The notes under the pieces: model-generated
Database searches by the model: none
Seen by the model: only the letters and a program-made list of their open reading frames with translations
Told to the model about the DNA's origin: nothing
Part shown: positions 63,259 through 64,000 of the stretch, in pieces
How the letters are laid out: each line of letters begins with the position of its first letter
How positions within the stretch are numbered: position 1 is the first letter of the stretch
Source: Enoplolaimus lenunculus
Taxonomy: Eukaryota
Reading direction: 5' to 3'
Length of the DNA stretch: 64,000 bases
NCBI GenBank assembly: GCA_030248215.1
Contig: JASANG010004131.1
Span: forward strand, 1-64,000
Program-made: the position numbers and the translations under genes

Positions 63259-63480
63259 GGCCCATGTATAGAACAGGGCCGGAACAGTAGTATAGGTATT
63301 TAGCATATTTCTAAGCCTAAGCCTAAGCCTATGCGTAACGATGAGCCTATTTCTAAGCCTAAGCCTAAGCCTAAGCTTAAGCATAAGCTTAAGCCTAAGC
63401 AAAAAATTTAATCTAAAGCTCAAACAGACTCTGTTACAGCCCCTCCGGAAAACGATCCAAGACTGTTCTATACATGGACC
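63259..63480 (-). mobile_element. Merlin-like MITE with TTAGGC core
   Basis: TIR GGCCCATGTATAGAACAG / CTGTTCTATACATGGACC; exact 8-bp TSD aaaatcat (63251-63258, 63481-63488). GG termini plus 8-bp TSD fit the Merlin superfamily. Confidence 0.85.
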
Positions 63481-64000
63481 AAAATCATAATATACCACGT
63501 TTTTGTGGTAATTCCTCTCGGTTCGCGTAACCAGTACGGTTGTAAGATCAAGTTTAGCTAAAAAATGATTATTTATATTTTAAATTTATTCAATGTTTGC
63601 TTGTAAGCGTTTGATTTTCAACAGTTAACCTACCGTACGTCCATTTTTAGACGAAATTCGTCCTCAAATTTGCGAAATATGACTAATCTTTCGAACATTG
63701 TCGATTTCTATTTCGCATCGACATTTTTTACAGCGTCGCACCCTCGAAATTTTTGCTGCATGGGGGCTGCAAGATGATTTTTTAGCGAAAACAACTCGCA
63801 AGCGAAGTAGGCGAAAAGCCAACAAATGATGCAACTTGATCCATTTTAATGTGAACAGAATTTGATTTTTTTAACTCCTGTTCATAAGGCAGCCAGCGCC
63901 CTTGGGTTCCGTCAGTTAGTGCTGAAATGCCTGTTTTACCGCTACTTAAATTAAAAATGCGAAGTTTTCACTGCTTTATATACTGAAATGTGAGTCACCG

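Noticed and set aside
57464..63480. True telomere or subtelomere
   Set aside because: TTAGGC runs are short, in both orientations and enclosed by TIRs/TSDs.

Overview
AT-rich eukaryotic (animal, probably invertebrate) genomic DNA; the species cannot be named from sequence. It is gene-poor and packed with short non-autonomous DNA transposons: at least three hAT-like MITE families with 8-bp TSDs, Tc2/mariner-like MITEs with TA TSDs, Merlin-like and Kolobok-like MITEs that share a TTAGGC-repeat core, and long foldback elements. It also holds a 5.7-kb satellite with higher-order structure, a 20-bp E2F/CHR-like minisatellite and tRNA-derived remnants. Two minus-strand protein-coding candidates stand out. 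(1) A 248-aa, apparently disordered protein with a textbook BH3 motif (VGRRLAQIGDEID) and candidate LC8-binding TQ motifs, i.e. a probable BH3-only apoptosis regulator (50247-50993), bracketed by same-family foldback elements. (2) A 92-aa single-pass membrane microprotein (44208-44486) with a decayed paralogous copy at about 24.7-25.2 kb. No rRNA, CRISPR array or intact transposase/RT was seen. All alignments and copy numbers were done by eye; boundaries of degenerate repeats are approximate.
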